The position numbers and the translations under genes are program-made. A stretch of 63,682 nt of DNA, filler included, from Octopus bimaculoides (taxonomy: Eukaryota): assembly GCF_001194135.2 (NCBI RefSeq). It is 6 parts of 5 records of this genome, joined end to end, with 100 filler letters (N's around TTAATTAATTAA, not from the genome) between each part and the next. Parts side by side here need not be neighbours in the genome. Positions count along the whole stretch, not along the records: positions 1 to 14,497 come from NC_068984.1; positions 14,598 to 21,510 come from NC_068987.1; positions 21,611 to 36,041 come from NC_068983.1; 3 more parts are not named here. One strand, written 5' to 3'. Under the pieces are notes generated by a model. That model ran no database searches and had not been told where the DNA came from. It saw only the letters and a program-made list of their open reading frames with translations. Positions within the stretch are counted from its first letter, which is position 1. Each line of letters opens with the position of its first letter. Positions 11,019 through 25,053 of the stretch are shown piece after piece.

Positions 11019-12694
11019 GTGTGTGTGTGTATGTATATATCATATATACACACATACATACTCTTATTCACACACATGAATATAAACTCATACATACATA
11101 TATATGTACACATGCACATGATACATTGTTCACATGTGATTACATTAGTGTTGTTATAAACAAATTACCAAATACTAATCATCAACTACTAATTACTGAT
11201 TACTACTGATCCCTGATCATGCCAGTAGGATTTGATTTTAGACAAGACTCACCTCTTCTCATTGAACAACTGGAAAAATCCTTAAGGGTAAGATGGCTTT
11301 CCAAATTTAGAAATTCTTCATGATCCTTTTTTGTTATTGTGTTTGGTCTCCATTTTCTTTCATTTTGACCTCTTACCTTTCACCTTATGACCTTGATCTC
11401 TTCATACTTCACATCCTGTGTTGGTATGAAAATGCATTACTGTTATTTATTAAGAAATACCCCTTTTTTATATTCTTTTACTGGTTTCCAACATCAGACT
11501 GTAGCCATGTTGAGGCACTCACTGTCACAGTAGGTGGAACTTGGAGATTGTGATTTCTTTTATTGACACTGGAAGATAACAGATAAAACATTAACCTGGT
11601 CGGGATTTGAACTCAGAATGTTGTAAAGGAATGTTAGCAAATACAAAATATGTTTATATACAAAGAATATCTAAAGTATTTCTTAATTGTTGCTTTCACT
11701 GATTTCCAGGTAGATATGTTAATTAAGGGGTAAATAGAGGTACAGGTACCAAATAACTCATCTCACATTCACATTTACAAAATATACACACAACCTCCCC
11801 CCACCCCATACTTTCTCTGTCCCTCTTTATCATCCTATCTTTCTAGCTACCTGCCTGTCTGTCTGTCTATCTATCTACCTATTTGTCAGCCTATCTGTCT
11901 GTCTATCTCTCTATCTACTTATCCACCCATCTGTCTATCTATCTATCTGTCTGTCTGTCTGGCTATCTATCTATCTGCTTACCTACCCACCTATTTTTCA
12001 GTCTATCTGTCTATCTATCCATCCATCCGAACACTTTCTTTCTCTCTTTTCCTCCTCCTCCTCTCTCTCTCTCTCTCTGTTTGTTTACACAATTGTTTCT
12101 CCAGATGCTGTGAGCTACAGCCAGTGATGTTATTTCTCCTGTCAATAAGTCATCCACTGGCGATATGCCTTTGAAGATAAAAGATCCCTAAGTTGAAAAA
12201 GAGTTAAGGGCTAAGGACAGGAAGGGCATCTGGCAGTGAAACAAAAACTCAGTAATACATTCATCTTACTCATGTTAATAAAGGAAAACAGTCGTGAAAA
12301 CAAACAAAAAATGAATATAGACTTTTCTGATGCTCTCGGTCTTACTAATTTACACATTCAGATGAATATACACTCATGCACTAACACACTCTCTCATTAA
12401 CTTACATTCTTGCACACTCACTCACTCATTCATTCACACATTTGTTGATGCACACAGTTGCCCACACACTTACTGACACCCTCAAATACTAACGCATAAA
12501 GTCACTAACATACTCAGATACTCATTGGTTCACTCCCTCACATGCTCATCTACTCATTCACACTCATATGTTTGCTCACTCATGCACTCATATTTTTCCT
12601 GAAATATTCACTTCATTCAATCTCCTCTCATACATTCACTCAGTCAGTCATTCACATAATGAATTTATCTTCCATCCACATTGATCTGTTTCCT

Positions 12695-13040
12695 TCAAAT
12701 TACTGAGAATAAGGGAATGAACTGGTACTCCATCAGTTACAATGACAAGAGTTCCTGTTGATCCAATCAATGGAACAACCTGCTCATGAAATTAATGTGT
12801 ACATGGCTGAGCATTCCCCAGACATGTGTATCCGTAAGATAGTTCTCAGAGAGATTCAGTACGGAAAAGAGTGGGACAAGTCTGGCCATTTGAAGTGCAG
12901 GTACAACTCATTTTTGCCAGGTGAGTGGACTGGAGTAATGTGAAATAAAGTGTTTTGATCAAGGAACACAATGCAGTGTCAGGAATTGAACACATGACCT
13001 TACACTCATGTGCCAAACACCCTAGCCATCAAGCCAGACC
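12695..13040 (-). mobile_element. tRNA-derived SINE sharing its tail with the 24316 copy
   Basis: Tail is reverse-complementary to 24550-24700. Carries a CORE-like AAGTGTTTTGATCAAGGAACACAA box and a degenerate B box (GTGTTCAATTCC). Confidence 0.7.
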
Positions 13041-13089
13041 ATAGCTTTCTCAGGCCTTAATAAATGAGTGATATTGATGTTGATAATAT

Positions 13090-13300
13090 CAGTTTCACAT
13101 TTTGGCTCAAGGCCAGCAATTTCAGAGAAGTGGGTAAGTCAATTACATCAACCCCAGTGTTCAACTGGTACATTTTATATTAATTCCAAAAGGATGAAAA
13201 GCAAAGTTGACCCTGGCAGTATTCGAAAATGAATGTAAAATCAGAAAATAAACCACAAAGCAGTTTTCCTGACTTGGTAATGATTCTGCCAGCTTGCAGT
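13090..13300 (-). mobile_element. tRNA-derived SINE (decayed)
   Basis: AAGGCCAGCAATTT...ATTACATCAACCCCAGTG...AAAGGATGAAAAGCAAAGTTGACC...TTCTGCCAGC; same family as 39905. Confidence 0.75.
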
Positions 13301-13764
13301 CTCATTGCTGTTGATAATATTGAGATGGACTTCACAGTTGAATGACAATGATTAGATAATGGTGAATAGGAACTTTATGGATGAATGATATTGATGTAAA
13401 TAAATAGGACCTTCACTGGTGAGTGATGCTGGTGTAATGTTAAGTGTGAACTTTAATTGGTCGATATCCTGTTAAGAAAATACAAGCAGGGATGGCAATC
13501 ACTATATGGTTGTTCAGCTTGCTAAAAATAGCAGTCAGATCTTACTTAAATTACTTTCTATTGTTTTAAGAAAATAAAGAGCACATGAGTACATTCAAAA
13601 ATGTAGAATTAGATACATTCACTAAAACATAGGATAGTCATGACTGGAAAGCCTTTTCTGATAAGTCTGTTGTAATAGGGTTGAGGATCCACAAGGAGGA
13701 ATTCTTGTAGGGGAGATTTGTGTGATCTGTGTAGTTTGTGATTTGCATAGGGATTAGACAAAAG

Positions 13765-13988
13765 CAGTGGTTCTCAACCAAGGTCCATATATGATTCTGT
13801 TGTTAAAACTTGCAGAATGAATTAGTTATATTTCTACAATACACAAAATGTTCTAATAATTTTAAAAATAATACTTAATAATATTTAATTATAAAAATAT
13901 AATAGGATTTTTTAAACATCAAATGGTTTTGAGGGTTCACCCAAGTGAAACAGAAATCAAAGGGGCAAAAAATGGTTGAGATCCACTG
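13765..13988. mobile_element. hAT/Charlie-type MITE with TIRs and 8-bp TSD
   Basis: TIRs CAGTGGTTCTCAACC / GGTTGAGATCCACTG; flanks GACAAAAG / GTCAAAAG (7/8 match). Confidence 0.85.
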
Positions 13989-14137
13989 GTCAAAAGGATC
14001 AGTGATGAGTTCATTGAGTGTATTTGGAATAGATTTGGATACTGTAATGTTGCAGTGAACAGTGTGCAGTCTGGTATTACCATTGTACTCTGATCATTAA
14101 AGTACTATGTCCCCATACACTGTAGACTGTGATATCA

Positions 14138-14230
14138 CCATTGTGCAATTTTCATTGTGATATCACCATTATATTATTTTCATTGTGATATCACCCCATG
14201 AAACACTGATCACTACCATGTCACCATTAT
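14138..14230 (+). repeat. ~28-bp minisatellite, about 3 copies
   Basis: TGTGATATCACCATT...TTTTCAT repeated. Confidence 0.75.
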
Positions 14231-14302
14231 ATGCAATTTGCTGTGATATTAAAAGTAGTTTACAAAACTGTGAGAAATTGGAGCAGCTGGTAGAAAATAT
14301 AC

Positions 14303-14333
<31 letters not shown>

Positions 14334-14451
14334 TGCATGCATGTATATGTATGTATGTATGTATGTATGTATACAGGCATGCATGTGTGGGGTGTGTATG
14401 GATATATGTTTTCATATACACACACATATATACATATATGCATACACACAC

Positions 14452-14497
<46 letters not shown>

Positions 14498-14597
14498 NNN
14501 NNNNNNNNNNNNNNNNNNNNNNNNNNNNNNNNNNNNNNNNNTTAATTAATTAANNNNNNNNNNNNNNNNNNNNNNNNNNNNNNNNNNNNNNNNNNNN
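14498..14597. other. Artificial scaffold linker N44-TTAATTAATTAA-N44 (also near 21555, 36086, 42939, 53874)
   Basis: The same 12-mer, with stops in all six frames, is centred in 100-bp N gaps five times; assembly artefact. Confidence 0.95.
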
Positions 14598-14641
<44 letters not shown>

Positions 14642-15266
14642 GTATACATGTGTGTGTGTATGTATGTATGTATGTACATATGTATGTATACATGTGAATG
14701 TATACGTACACACACTTGTATGTGTATATATTTAAGAGCGATGAATACAAACATGACGTATGCAAATAATATATTGCTATCATTGTGATTGTTGCTTTGC
14801 GCTGCATTTCATCCGTGTCCTCAGATCAGTGATGCAGACATAATGTTCAGTTTTATCATGGTTGCCCTGACATTGTCAGTGGTGCATCACTGTAATTGGG
14901 TGAGATGTGAACATCTCTTCCAACATGACATATTTCTAATGTTGTACACCATCAGCTATTGATATTTCACACCGCACAACATATTCTCACCGCCATGAAC
15001 CACCTCCCACGCACAAAACGCTGACATATTTTTCCGAGTACATGGTAATGAAAGTAAACATATGTGTATATACATATATATAGAAATATACATATCTATA
15101 TATACATATACACATATACATATATATATATAATAATATAGATTTTATCAAAAGATTAAATGTGGTACTTAAAATGTTTGAGGCACCAGAATTTGGTAGG
15201 ATAAAAACCAAAAACAAAATCGAGAGATTTGGTGAATAAAATTTGAAGTTAAGCAACAAAAATTCA

Positions 15267-15542
15267 ATAGGTTATAGCAGTACGTACGTTTCGTACAAGC
15301 TCCACTTATTCATGTAGTGAGAACACTACAGAAAATGCAATGAAAATGTACTCCTCAGCTGCATAATGGAATTTCATTTTAGAAAGTCATTTTGAAGATG
15401 TTTGCAAACATCTTCAAAATGACTTTCTAATATGAAATTCCATTATGCAGCTTAGGAGTACATTTTCATTGCATTTTCTGTAGTGTTCTCACTACATGAA
15501 TAAGTGGAGCTTGTACGAAACGTACGTACTGCTATAACCTAT
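15267..15542. repeat. 276-bp spacer-less inverted repeat (138-bp arms)
   Basis: Symmetry centre TTTG|CAAA at 15404/15405; only two mismatched pairs found by eye. Confidence 0.95.
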
Positions 15543-15575
15543 ATATATATATATATGTATATATAAATGTATATT

Positions 15576-15645
<70 letters not shown>

Positions 15646-15983
15646 GAGCGATAGACAGACAGACAGACAGACAGATAAATGGATAGAGAGATAGGGAGAT
15701 ATAGAGATAGATAGTTAGGCATATAGTTAGATACGTATGTGTCTGTGCATGTGTATGCACTGTGTGTTGCCACAATGGACGTTTGAAAAAATGTTGGAAG
15801 AGAAAATGAAAAACAACGCTTTAGACTTTTTTTTTACATTTGGGTTTCGGTTTCAAAAACACGAGAATATAGGCATCGACAAGCGCTGAGCTGGACAGAT
15901 TCTTTGGTTTAGTGTGTCGATTTTACGTCGTATTTTATCGCATAAATATCGGGAAATTCTTATATGCTGTAGATAGAGGCATA

Positions 15984-16181
15984 TACGAGGGAACGCGGGA
16001 AAGTTCCTGGATTTGGGTAAAAGGAATTGCAGGAGGATCAGTTATTTTTTTTTTTTCAATTTATTCCCTTCTCTGATTCACACTCTTTTTCTAAGCCCTG
16101 TAAAAGAACTCGGAAAGTAAGGTTTCTAACCACACCTTTCATGACACGCTTAAAACCATGAACTTTTAGTACCCCCTTGTA
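15984..16181. mobile_element. Tc1/mariner MITE with TA TSD
   Basis: TA|TACGAGGG...AAAGTTCCTGG at the left end and CCATGAACTTTT...CCCCTTGTA|TA at the right end. Confidence 0.75.
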
Positions 16182-17088
16182 TAACCCCTTACTCTTCATG
16201 TTTCCTATACTCCCCTGCTTTCTTTGTATGTCTATATTCCGATCAATCAGTCTGTTTCTCTCTATTCGATTTTGAGAAAGAACCACCTATCAGACGCACA
16301 TTCAAAATATGTGAATAACTTCTTCATGGCATTTTGCCCGACAATAACCAGAAATAATCAGATTATTCAAACCTTCAGGAACCAAACCTACCTACTAAAG
16401 CTTCAATGATTGAACCAACAGGCTTCCGTATGAAGAAAATTAATCCATAGCTGAGGCACTCTGTACACTTTTGAGGAAAACGCATGCCTTTCCGACTGTT
16501 AAGCAATATAAAAAGGGAACATATGTTTACCGGCTTATGTAGTGTAGTATATACACTGGAATAAATTTTGCTGGTTGGAAGCAGCATTAGTAGTATGCAA
16601 AGCAGTAGTAGTATGCAAAACACACACTCGTAGGAATACTTTTCTCGTTGGACAAAACGAAATCTATTCCGAGAAACTATACAATACGGTCCCTGTCAAA
16701 GCCACATAATGGAATATTGAAAATTCGAGGAATAATGAGAATACCCTTATAAACTATATCTTAAAATCAACACAATGAAATGCTGAGTAACATGATTAAT
16801 ACAACTAATATGTACGTATCATAATACACACCAATCCCTGAGCTAAGTCCTGTATCTCTGTTCCTTTCATTTATCTAACTATTTATTTTATTGCTTGGCA
16901 GAAGCATTCAATTGGTGGGTTATTGAAATATAATGTAAATTGAAATGTACAATTTCGTTCGTGTTTCTATCTTTGTGATAATTTAGTAAATATTCTAATT
17001 TTATTCAATTTTCGCATAAAATGTACTTTAGATAAATAGTACATATATGTAAATACACCCCACCACACACATACCCCCCCACGCATAC

Positions 17089-17140
<52 letters not shown>

Positions 17141-18929
17141 GTACTTACCTCTCTACCACCCGCTCTCTTTTTCACATACGCACACGAAACAAATATTGAT
17201 ATTTCACGAAACAATCACAGCGTGTTCACAACTTTTCATTAAAATTTTCCTCATTTCTTTTTTCTCAATTTCTGTCAAGCTATATTTGGTGATGCATTTT
17301 GATCATAAGTACCTCTACACTACAATTATCGACTGGATCATTCATTTCAATCAGTCATTTTCTTACTCAGTTTCATTTTTCCTTTATTATTTCCTATTAT
17401 TTTATTATTATCATTTCTCTTAATTTTTGTAATGATTGTCCCTGTAAACGCCCGTTTGAAAAATTCGCTAATCCGGTCTCTGTTAATTTGCTGCACAAAA
17501 AAAGACACACTCAGCTCCTAATAGTCGGGTTTTTGCCTACGCAGGTTGTCTAAGTCTAACAAACAGAACACAATTTCTTTATACTGGTCATCTGAATGCA
17601 CTATCGAGATTTCATCTGGATATACCCACGTTGGTGCTGTCAGAATGTAAGAATCATTTTGATTATGTTTGCGATTCTTTTCGCTAATTTTACTTTGGAT
17701 AGACTTGCACAGTTCAAACGTGTTATATCGTTACAATATTCCACTATCCATTAGAAGTGGGACTTTCTTAGGAAACGCTCCAGAAACATGAAGAAAGCTG
17801 GTTCCGCTGCTCTGCTGGGCCCTAGACGGTTACTAGATTGAAATGTTGACTTCGCTGCTAAACAGGTCCAGCTTTCTCAACTTAATTTCGGGGTCCCAGA
17901 AGATGGCCTATTTCGCAAGATCCCCGAATTTTGAAACAAGAAGGCCTTATGACCTTATGACACCTATAGCTCTGATGATAGTGGTAGTGGTGATAATGAT
18001 AAAGGTATTGATAGTATTGCTAATGTAGGAGATGGTGTCGGTACGTCGTTCTTGGCAGGTATTTGTCGCGTCCGGTTGAGCCTACCAGTATTTTTCGTTG
18101 ACAGTTTTTCCTTCTTTCTTTTTCATTTTTGTTATTTATTGGATTTAGCGTTGGTTGGAAGCATATGAGAATTTCGTGTTGCTTGTCTTGTTCCATTATT
18201 TTCATTTTCATTTACCTTTTCTTTATTATTGCTCCTGCAGTATCTGTTGAGTAGTGGACAGATGACTACAACTCGGATGGGAGGATGCAGAAGTTATCTT
18301 GTCAATGTACGCCTCTAACAATAGAGACACACAGAAAAAATGTTGGCTCGAGGTATACACTTGGTGGCGATTATTTTGGTATAGATATTGTGTTTTGACA
18401 TCTCGGTTGTTACTTCGTCCAAATATTATGTTCATTTCGTTGGTGCTACTGTTGTTGCTGCTTCCATATCCTCTGCTGCCGTTGGAAGGCTTGTCATTAT
18501 TGCAGATCTTACCTTGTTACATTTGATTATATTTCAAAAAATGCTATTTATGTCGTAGCTGCTATTGTAGCTCCCTTCTTCCCCTGCTGTTACCTCTGTT
18601 ACTCCTTTTCTTGAAGAACACGAGTAATCTCGGTCATCTTCCCACAAAATTATTCGTTTTTCCATCCTATCTGACAAGGAACTGATATCTGTGATCTTTG
18701 GCAGATGCTTAGGTTTCTCATCCCGTTCTCTTCAATTCCAGCAGAGTTAGCTAAAAACGTCTAATTCCTGTGACATCATCTATGATATTATATTTGTGCC
18801 ATTCTTCCCAAGAAGTGGGTAGCCACCGGAAGCTCTAATACAGACGACCAAATATTAAACTGAGGCTGAAGTACAATACACACACAACCAAAACAACCAC
18901 TACAACAACAACGACAGTAACGGCAATAA

Positions 18930-19132
18930 TCCTTTCTACTATAGGTGCAAGGCCTGAATTTTTGGAGTAGGGGTATAGTCGATTACATGTATCCCAGTGC
19001 TCAACTAGTACTTAATTTATTGACTCTGAAAGGCCGAAAGAAATAGTCCACCTCAGAGGAATTTGAACTCAGATCGTAAAGACCAACGAAATGCTACCCG
19101 GTGTGGTAACTATTCTGCCAGCTCGCCGCCTT
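18930..19132 (-). mobile_element. tRNA-derived SINE
   Basis: On + reads GGAATTTGAACTCAGA...TTCTGCCAGCTCGCCGCCTT; on - it begins AAGGCGGCGAGCTGGCAGAA. Confidence 0.85.
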
Positions 19133-19151
19133 AATAATGATGATGATGATG

Positions 19152-19204
<53 letters not shown>

Positions 19205-19208
<4 letters not shown>

Positions 19209-19990
19209 GCATTTCTAACCCCACCTGTATTCTTATGGATCTTTTCTTTTGTCACTCTCATTATATTTGTTCTTCTTAACATCAACACCCACATTTTCTG
19301 CGACAAGAATACTTGCTGCCTTGATAAAAATATTTGTTTCTGTGATGTTTTTTTTTATTCTGACGTATTTCAGAATTACATTCACATTTTTTGTTCCTTG
19401 GTTCAGTTTCCACCGATCAACATTTTCAAGGCTGCAAATTATGTCGCTATCGTTCTCCTATAGACTTGCTTTTATTCTGTCATAGCTTGCCTTTTGCCCA
19501 TCTGTCATGTCACCATTAGTTTTATTGTCTTCTTCCAGACCATCCATATGTCTCTCATGAGCACGCTATCACCTTTCCTTCGCTGTGGTTTATTACTGAT
19601 TTCACATCTGTTCTTTGCTATGAGACTACTTTAATCAGTAGAAACAGGATTTCATCGTTTCACTTGCTGCTGTTTTCCAATGCCCGTCTTTTGATAGCTT
19701 CGAGCTCTACTTCTGTGAACCAACGATTTTTTCTTATTGCTCTAGCATGATCACATAATCTCTGTTCTGTGAGTTGAAACAATCTTCTTTCTCTCCATTG
19801 ATCATGCATACTTTGTCGTTATCTCCTAATATGAACACCATTTTCGCCTACGGGTTTGCTCAGATAATAACACTCCATGACCACAGCATTGATCTTTTTT
19901 TGTACCATCTACGTGTGCTGGTTTCTTGCTGGATAAGGATAGGGAGGTGTCGGACCAGGATCTCTGAGCATGCCGAGTGTAAAACACTGT
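19205..19990 (-). mobile_element. R4/Dong-clade LINE, N-terminal ORF relic bounded by (TAA)n
   Basis: NAVVMECYYLSKP...[27 protein letters not shown] and NVDRWKLNQGTKNVNVILKY...ITETNIFIKAASILVAE match the R4/Dong N-terminus as I recall it; stop codons present. Confidence 0.75.
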
Positions 19991-20261
19991 CACATTGAAG
20001 GGCTTCAGTTTCAATACCATCTTTATTCGCAATATTTTATTTTTTCATTGTCAATCATATGAGGTTGCGATTTTGTGGTTGCGCACTTACCAGTGTTTTC
20101 TTTTGACACCATCACTAGATGTATCATCAATTTAAGCATAGGGAGATTCCAACTGCTTCCTTTCATTATTATTATTATCATCACTGAAATGATTAGTTTC
20201 ATTTTTCACTACAATTTGTCAACGTTAATATTTCCTCTGATCTGACACGAGTTTTGGCTAA

Positions 20262-20332
<71 letters not shown>

Positions 20333-20646
20333 ATATTCTTTCATGCTTTCGAGGTCGATAAATTAAGTACCAGTCAAGTACTGTGGTCAATGNNNNNNNN
20401 NNNNNNNNNNNNNNNNNNNNNNNNNNNNNNNNNNNNNNNNNNNNNNNNNNNNNNNNNNNNNNNNNNNNNNNNNNNNNNNNNNNNNNNNNNNNNNNNNNNN
20501 NNNNNNNNNNNNNNNNNNNNNNNNNNNNNNNNNNNNNNNNNNNNNNNNNNNNNNNNNNNNNNNNNNNNNNNNNNNNNNNNNNNNNNNNNNNNNNNNNNNN
20601 NNNNNNNNNNNNNNNNNNNNNNNNNNNNNNNNNNNNNNNNNNNNNN

Positions 20647-20684
<38 letters not shown>

Positions 20685-21761
20685 ATTATTATTATTATTA
20701 TTATCATCATTATTATTATTGCAATATTAACATCGACTCAAAAATTTTTGAGTAAGGAAACATTTTGCAGACATAATGGCAGTAAAAGTATATTGTCTCA
20801 GAATTACATTTAACGGAGGAGAAATTGAATATATTATTAAATGGATGTAAAATGGAAGCGAAAAAATTAACCTGTAAGAGAGAATGAGTAAAGAAATAAT
20901 GCTTTTATATCAAAATGAATGTTATAGAATCGTGAAGAAATAAGAAAACAAGCAAAATGGCTAAGACAAAGAAATTTTCACAATTCGATTTTCATTCTTA
21001 ATCTATTTCACTTCAGATAGAGATGCAACGTAAAACATATATCATTATATGTACTTACTTGTCCTACCCGAAATGTATATGTATATGGACACACCCACAT
21101 GCAGATATTCGTGTATGCATATGTGTGTGCGTGCTTGTGTATGCGTGTTTGTGGGCGTTTGTGTATATGCACATACATACACGCATACATATATTTGTGT
21201 GTATCTCTCTATACTTATAACCATGTATATATTCACATAAATGTATCTATACATATACACAGATATTAACACATGCATTTAAGTATATACACGAATGCAT
21301 GTTCATGAATACATATATATGAAGAATAGGAATATACCAGATTTAAAGTTTCATTTACTATGTTGCAATATTTACAAAAAATCGATTAAGGGAAAATTTA
21401 TTATAGAATTAGTACTTGAATTAGAACCTGTGAATCACTAAAATCTATCTATCTATATATCTACTTATCTATCTATCTATTTTTTTTATCTATCTAACAA
21501 CCTACCTACCNNNNNNNNNNNNNNNNNNNNNNNNNNNNNNNNNNNNNNNNNNNNTTAATTAATTAANNNNNNNNNNNNNNNNNNNNNNNNNNNNNNNNNN
21601 NNNNNNNNNNTTAAACATTCACTTGAACAAAACTGTACAAATACAAATATATGGTACCCTAGGCATAACACCTACATGAACTTCTAACTTGTTGTATCTT
21701 GAGGTCTCTGGGTGAGACTTGGATCCAACTTGTACAAATGCAAAACAAAAGTCAAACATAA

Positions 21762-21835
<74 letters not shown>

Positions 21836-21840
21836 TGATA

Positions 21841-21879
<39 letters not shown>

Positions 21880-22415
21880 CCTGTGAATTTGCGTGTGTAA
21901 ACTGGGAATGCATACAATGAGTTTCTCTGCCCTAGGTGTACGGAAAACACTCGGCGAGAAATGGAAGAAAATTTGAAGAAAAAAGAAAAAAAAAGACAAC
22001 ATAATAATGATAATAATAATTTTATGTATAAATAAATATAGAATACACACATATATACACATACATACATACATACATATATTATGTTATATCATACTAA
22101 TCCGGGAACAGGGCTCAATGCTTATGACATTTATAAATCATCTCAGAAAGTGGGAATATGACGACTGATGCTCAGCCTGAACATTAGTATCTGCAGGGAA
22201 AACGTGGGCGAAGTGGGAACGAGGGTGATGTAGGGGCAGTTACTTGGTCTTGTCTGAATGCTTGTAACAAACTGGATCTTTCAGTGGTGCCAAACCTGAA
22301 AACAAAGGGTATATTAACTAGATTCTTTCTTTGTAACTATAGCTCTCGGTCAATAGATATATCTCAGCAGAGGGGTATATGTATACATGTATATGTACGT
22401 GTGCGTGTATGTATG

Positions 22416-22448
<33 letters not shown>

Positions 22449-24008
22449 NNNNNNNNNNTGGTTCTTCCCACGAACACAAATTAAATTGTTTTCGTGGAGG
22501 GTATATATTGAGCATCTTTCCAGCTTGAAAAATGAAGTTCCTTTTATTCACAGTTTCTAATGCTCCTATAGCAGCTGCTGTTGTTGTTGTTGTTGCTGCT
22601 GCAGCTGCTGCTGTTGTTCTTCTTTCTTAATCTTCCTACGGATAACGCTTGTTTTATAGTCGATTCTTACGCAATACACACACATACACATGTATGGATG
22701 TATACATACGCGCGCTCACACACACACACACACACACATACGTGCGCGCGTATGTCCACTATTGCCACATCATTATATATATAATAATCTACCATCCTTG
22801 CCATAACTTTTGATACACGCTACCTTGTGACAAGCTTTGTAAATTCATACACACCCTCTTTCACACACGCGCACACATCTACAAAGAGAAAGTTATAGAA
22901 AATGAGCACGCGTGTGTTCGTTGCATGCATGCATGTATGCATATATGTATGCATATATGTATGCATGTATGCATATATGTATGCTTATATGTATGCATGT
23001 ATGTATGTATGTATGCATGTATATATGCACGTATGTATCTATGTGTGTGTCATTCATTGTGAATGTATTTTGGTCAAATATAATTTGCATATGAATGTAT
23101 CTGAGATGTTTGTGTATAAAGAACTAGTACCCTCTATGATTATCCCCTTCAATCTCCGTCTGATCGGTGTTCTAAAAATATATTTTTTAAAAAATATTTT
23201 CTTTAATTTTCATTAATTACAGATAGTTTATTCTGCTCGCTGACGATTTTATCTGAATTTGAGCTTCTGACAAATTTCACTGTCTATTTCTGTTTACACA
23301 GTTAAAAGACAGAGGAAGATTGTTTCAACACTTTCATGTTAATGAGTTAAACACTGGCCTAATTCGACCAGCTTCAGATAATTTTCAACTAAACTACAGA
23401 GAGAAGTTATGAGAAACGAAATCTAGAAATCTTGTCTGTAGAATTTCTTAGTCATATATATCACTTCAGAATTTATCGTGATTCTGAGCACTAAATTCCA
23501 GTTCTGTTGTGGAAGGGTTCACAAGATTCTCTTCTCAATCACCGTTGGCAAGACAGAAACAACGAAAGTCTTTATTTATTTATTATTTCTAAGAAAGAGA
23601 CTGATACAACTAATTTAATAGATGTTGCGTTATACACAAACATAGCTTGTGTAAAATCATTTCTAAGCTTCTTTGCCTTTCATTTGGTTTCAAATCCCGC
23701 TGAGTTCAACGTCACCGTTCATTTTTTAGAAATCGATAAAATATAATGAGTCAAATACTGAGGACAGTGGTATTGGCTAGCCTTCTTCCTTTCAAAGTTG
23801 TTAGCTATATGTCTAAATTAGAAGACATTATCATTCAACTCAAATTTCGGTCCATAATTTGGATTGAAAATTATGGAAAGTATTGTGACTTTGTATATAT
23901 CCATATTTCTATATACAATATCGCAATACTTGACATTATTCTTTAAACCCAGGTCTTTATTCTATCAGTCACTTTTGCCAAACCGCTGAACATACCTACA
24001 CCGGTGGT

Positions 24009-24101
<93 letters not shown>

Positions 24102-24315
24102 GCACGCATGCACACATATTTTTTGAGTTTGCCATGAGCAATTGTTTTCTAATAAAACAAGCTTCCACCACATCATTTGAGATAAAAAGGACAGATCCTA
24201 TACACTATAGTTCTTTCATGCAGTCTTTCCTGGACATATTGTAGTAATAGTTTGCTAACTGGAATTTCAACATTAACAACAGGGTATGTATGTATGTATG
24301 TATGTATGTATGTGT

Positions 24316-24701
24316 GGAGGTGCAATGGCCCAGTGGTTAGGGCAGCGGACTTGCGGTCATTGGATCGCGGTTTCGATTCCCAGGCCGGGTGTTGTGAGTG
24401 TTAATTGAGCGAAAACACCTAAAAGCTCCACGAGGCTCCGGCAGGGGATGGTGGCGAACCCTGTTGTACTCTTTCACCCCAACTTTCTCTCACTCTTACT
24501 TCCTGTTTCTGTTGTGCCTGTAATTCAAAGGGTCAGCCTTGTCACACTGTGTCACGCTGAATATCCCCGAGAACTACGTTAAGGGTACACGTGTCTGTGG
24601 AGTGCTCAGCCACTTGCACGTTAATTTCACAAGCAGGCTGTTCCGTTAATCGGATCAACTGGAACCCTCGTCGTCGTAAGCGATGGAGTGCCAACAAACA
24701 A
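24316..24701 (+). mobile_element. Near full-length tRNA-headed SINE (probably tRNA-Arg-like octopus family)
   Basis: A box TGGCCCAGTGG, B box GGTTTCGATTCC, body and tail; flanked by (TATG)n on both sides. Confidence 0.88.
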
Positions 24702-25053
24702 TGTATGTATGTATGTATGTATGTATGTATGTATGTATGTATGTATGTATGTGCGTGTTTGTATGTATGTATATGTGCAGATTTGAATGTTTTCTTTTAT
24801 GTATGTCTTCTCATGCATATACTTTCATATCAATGCTTTCATATCTTCTCATGCCTGTACTTTCATATCTACGCTCTGGAAAGTTTTAACAGATTTTTAT
24901 AGTTCCAGTGATGGATTGGATCTGTATGTGTGTGCAGTTTTCTGCTTTGTATCTTGACTTTAAGCCATTCTAGTAAAATTAATGATCGTGTTCAGTTTAG
25001 TGTTGTTTACATTTAGTGATGACTCATAAGCCAATGACATGTCATGATACTGA

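Noticed and set aside
8163-14230. Short tandem repeats as CRISPR-like arrays (8163, 14138, 31570, 47281, 55681)
   Set aside because: Units are contiguous or degenerate without unique spacers, there are no cas genes, and the context is eukaryotic.
14542-14553. Recurrent TTAATTAATTAA motif (five copies)
   Set aside because: Always centred in 100-bp N blocks; an artificial six-frame-stop scaffold linker.
14800-14835. Minus-strand CTGAGGA...GAAA
   Set aside because: Stem II is unpaired and the conserved U of the cleavage triplet is missing.
17560-18800. Moderately GC-richer segments that might be exons or LINE ORF1
   Set aside because: All frames contain stops and no recognisable motif was found; left unassigned.
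24316-24390. SINE heads as functional tRNA genes (also 58860-58930 and 861-932)
   Set aside because: Acceptor or T-arms are degenerate and each continues into SINE body or tail sequence.
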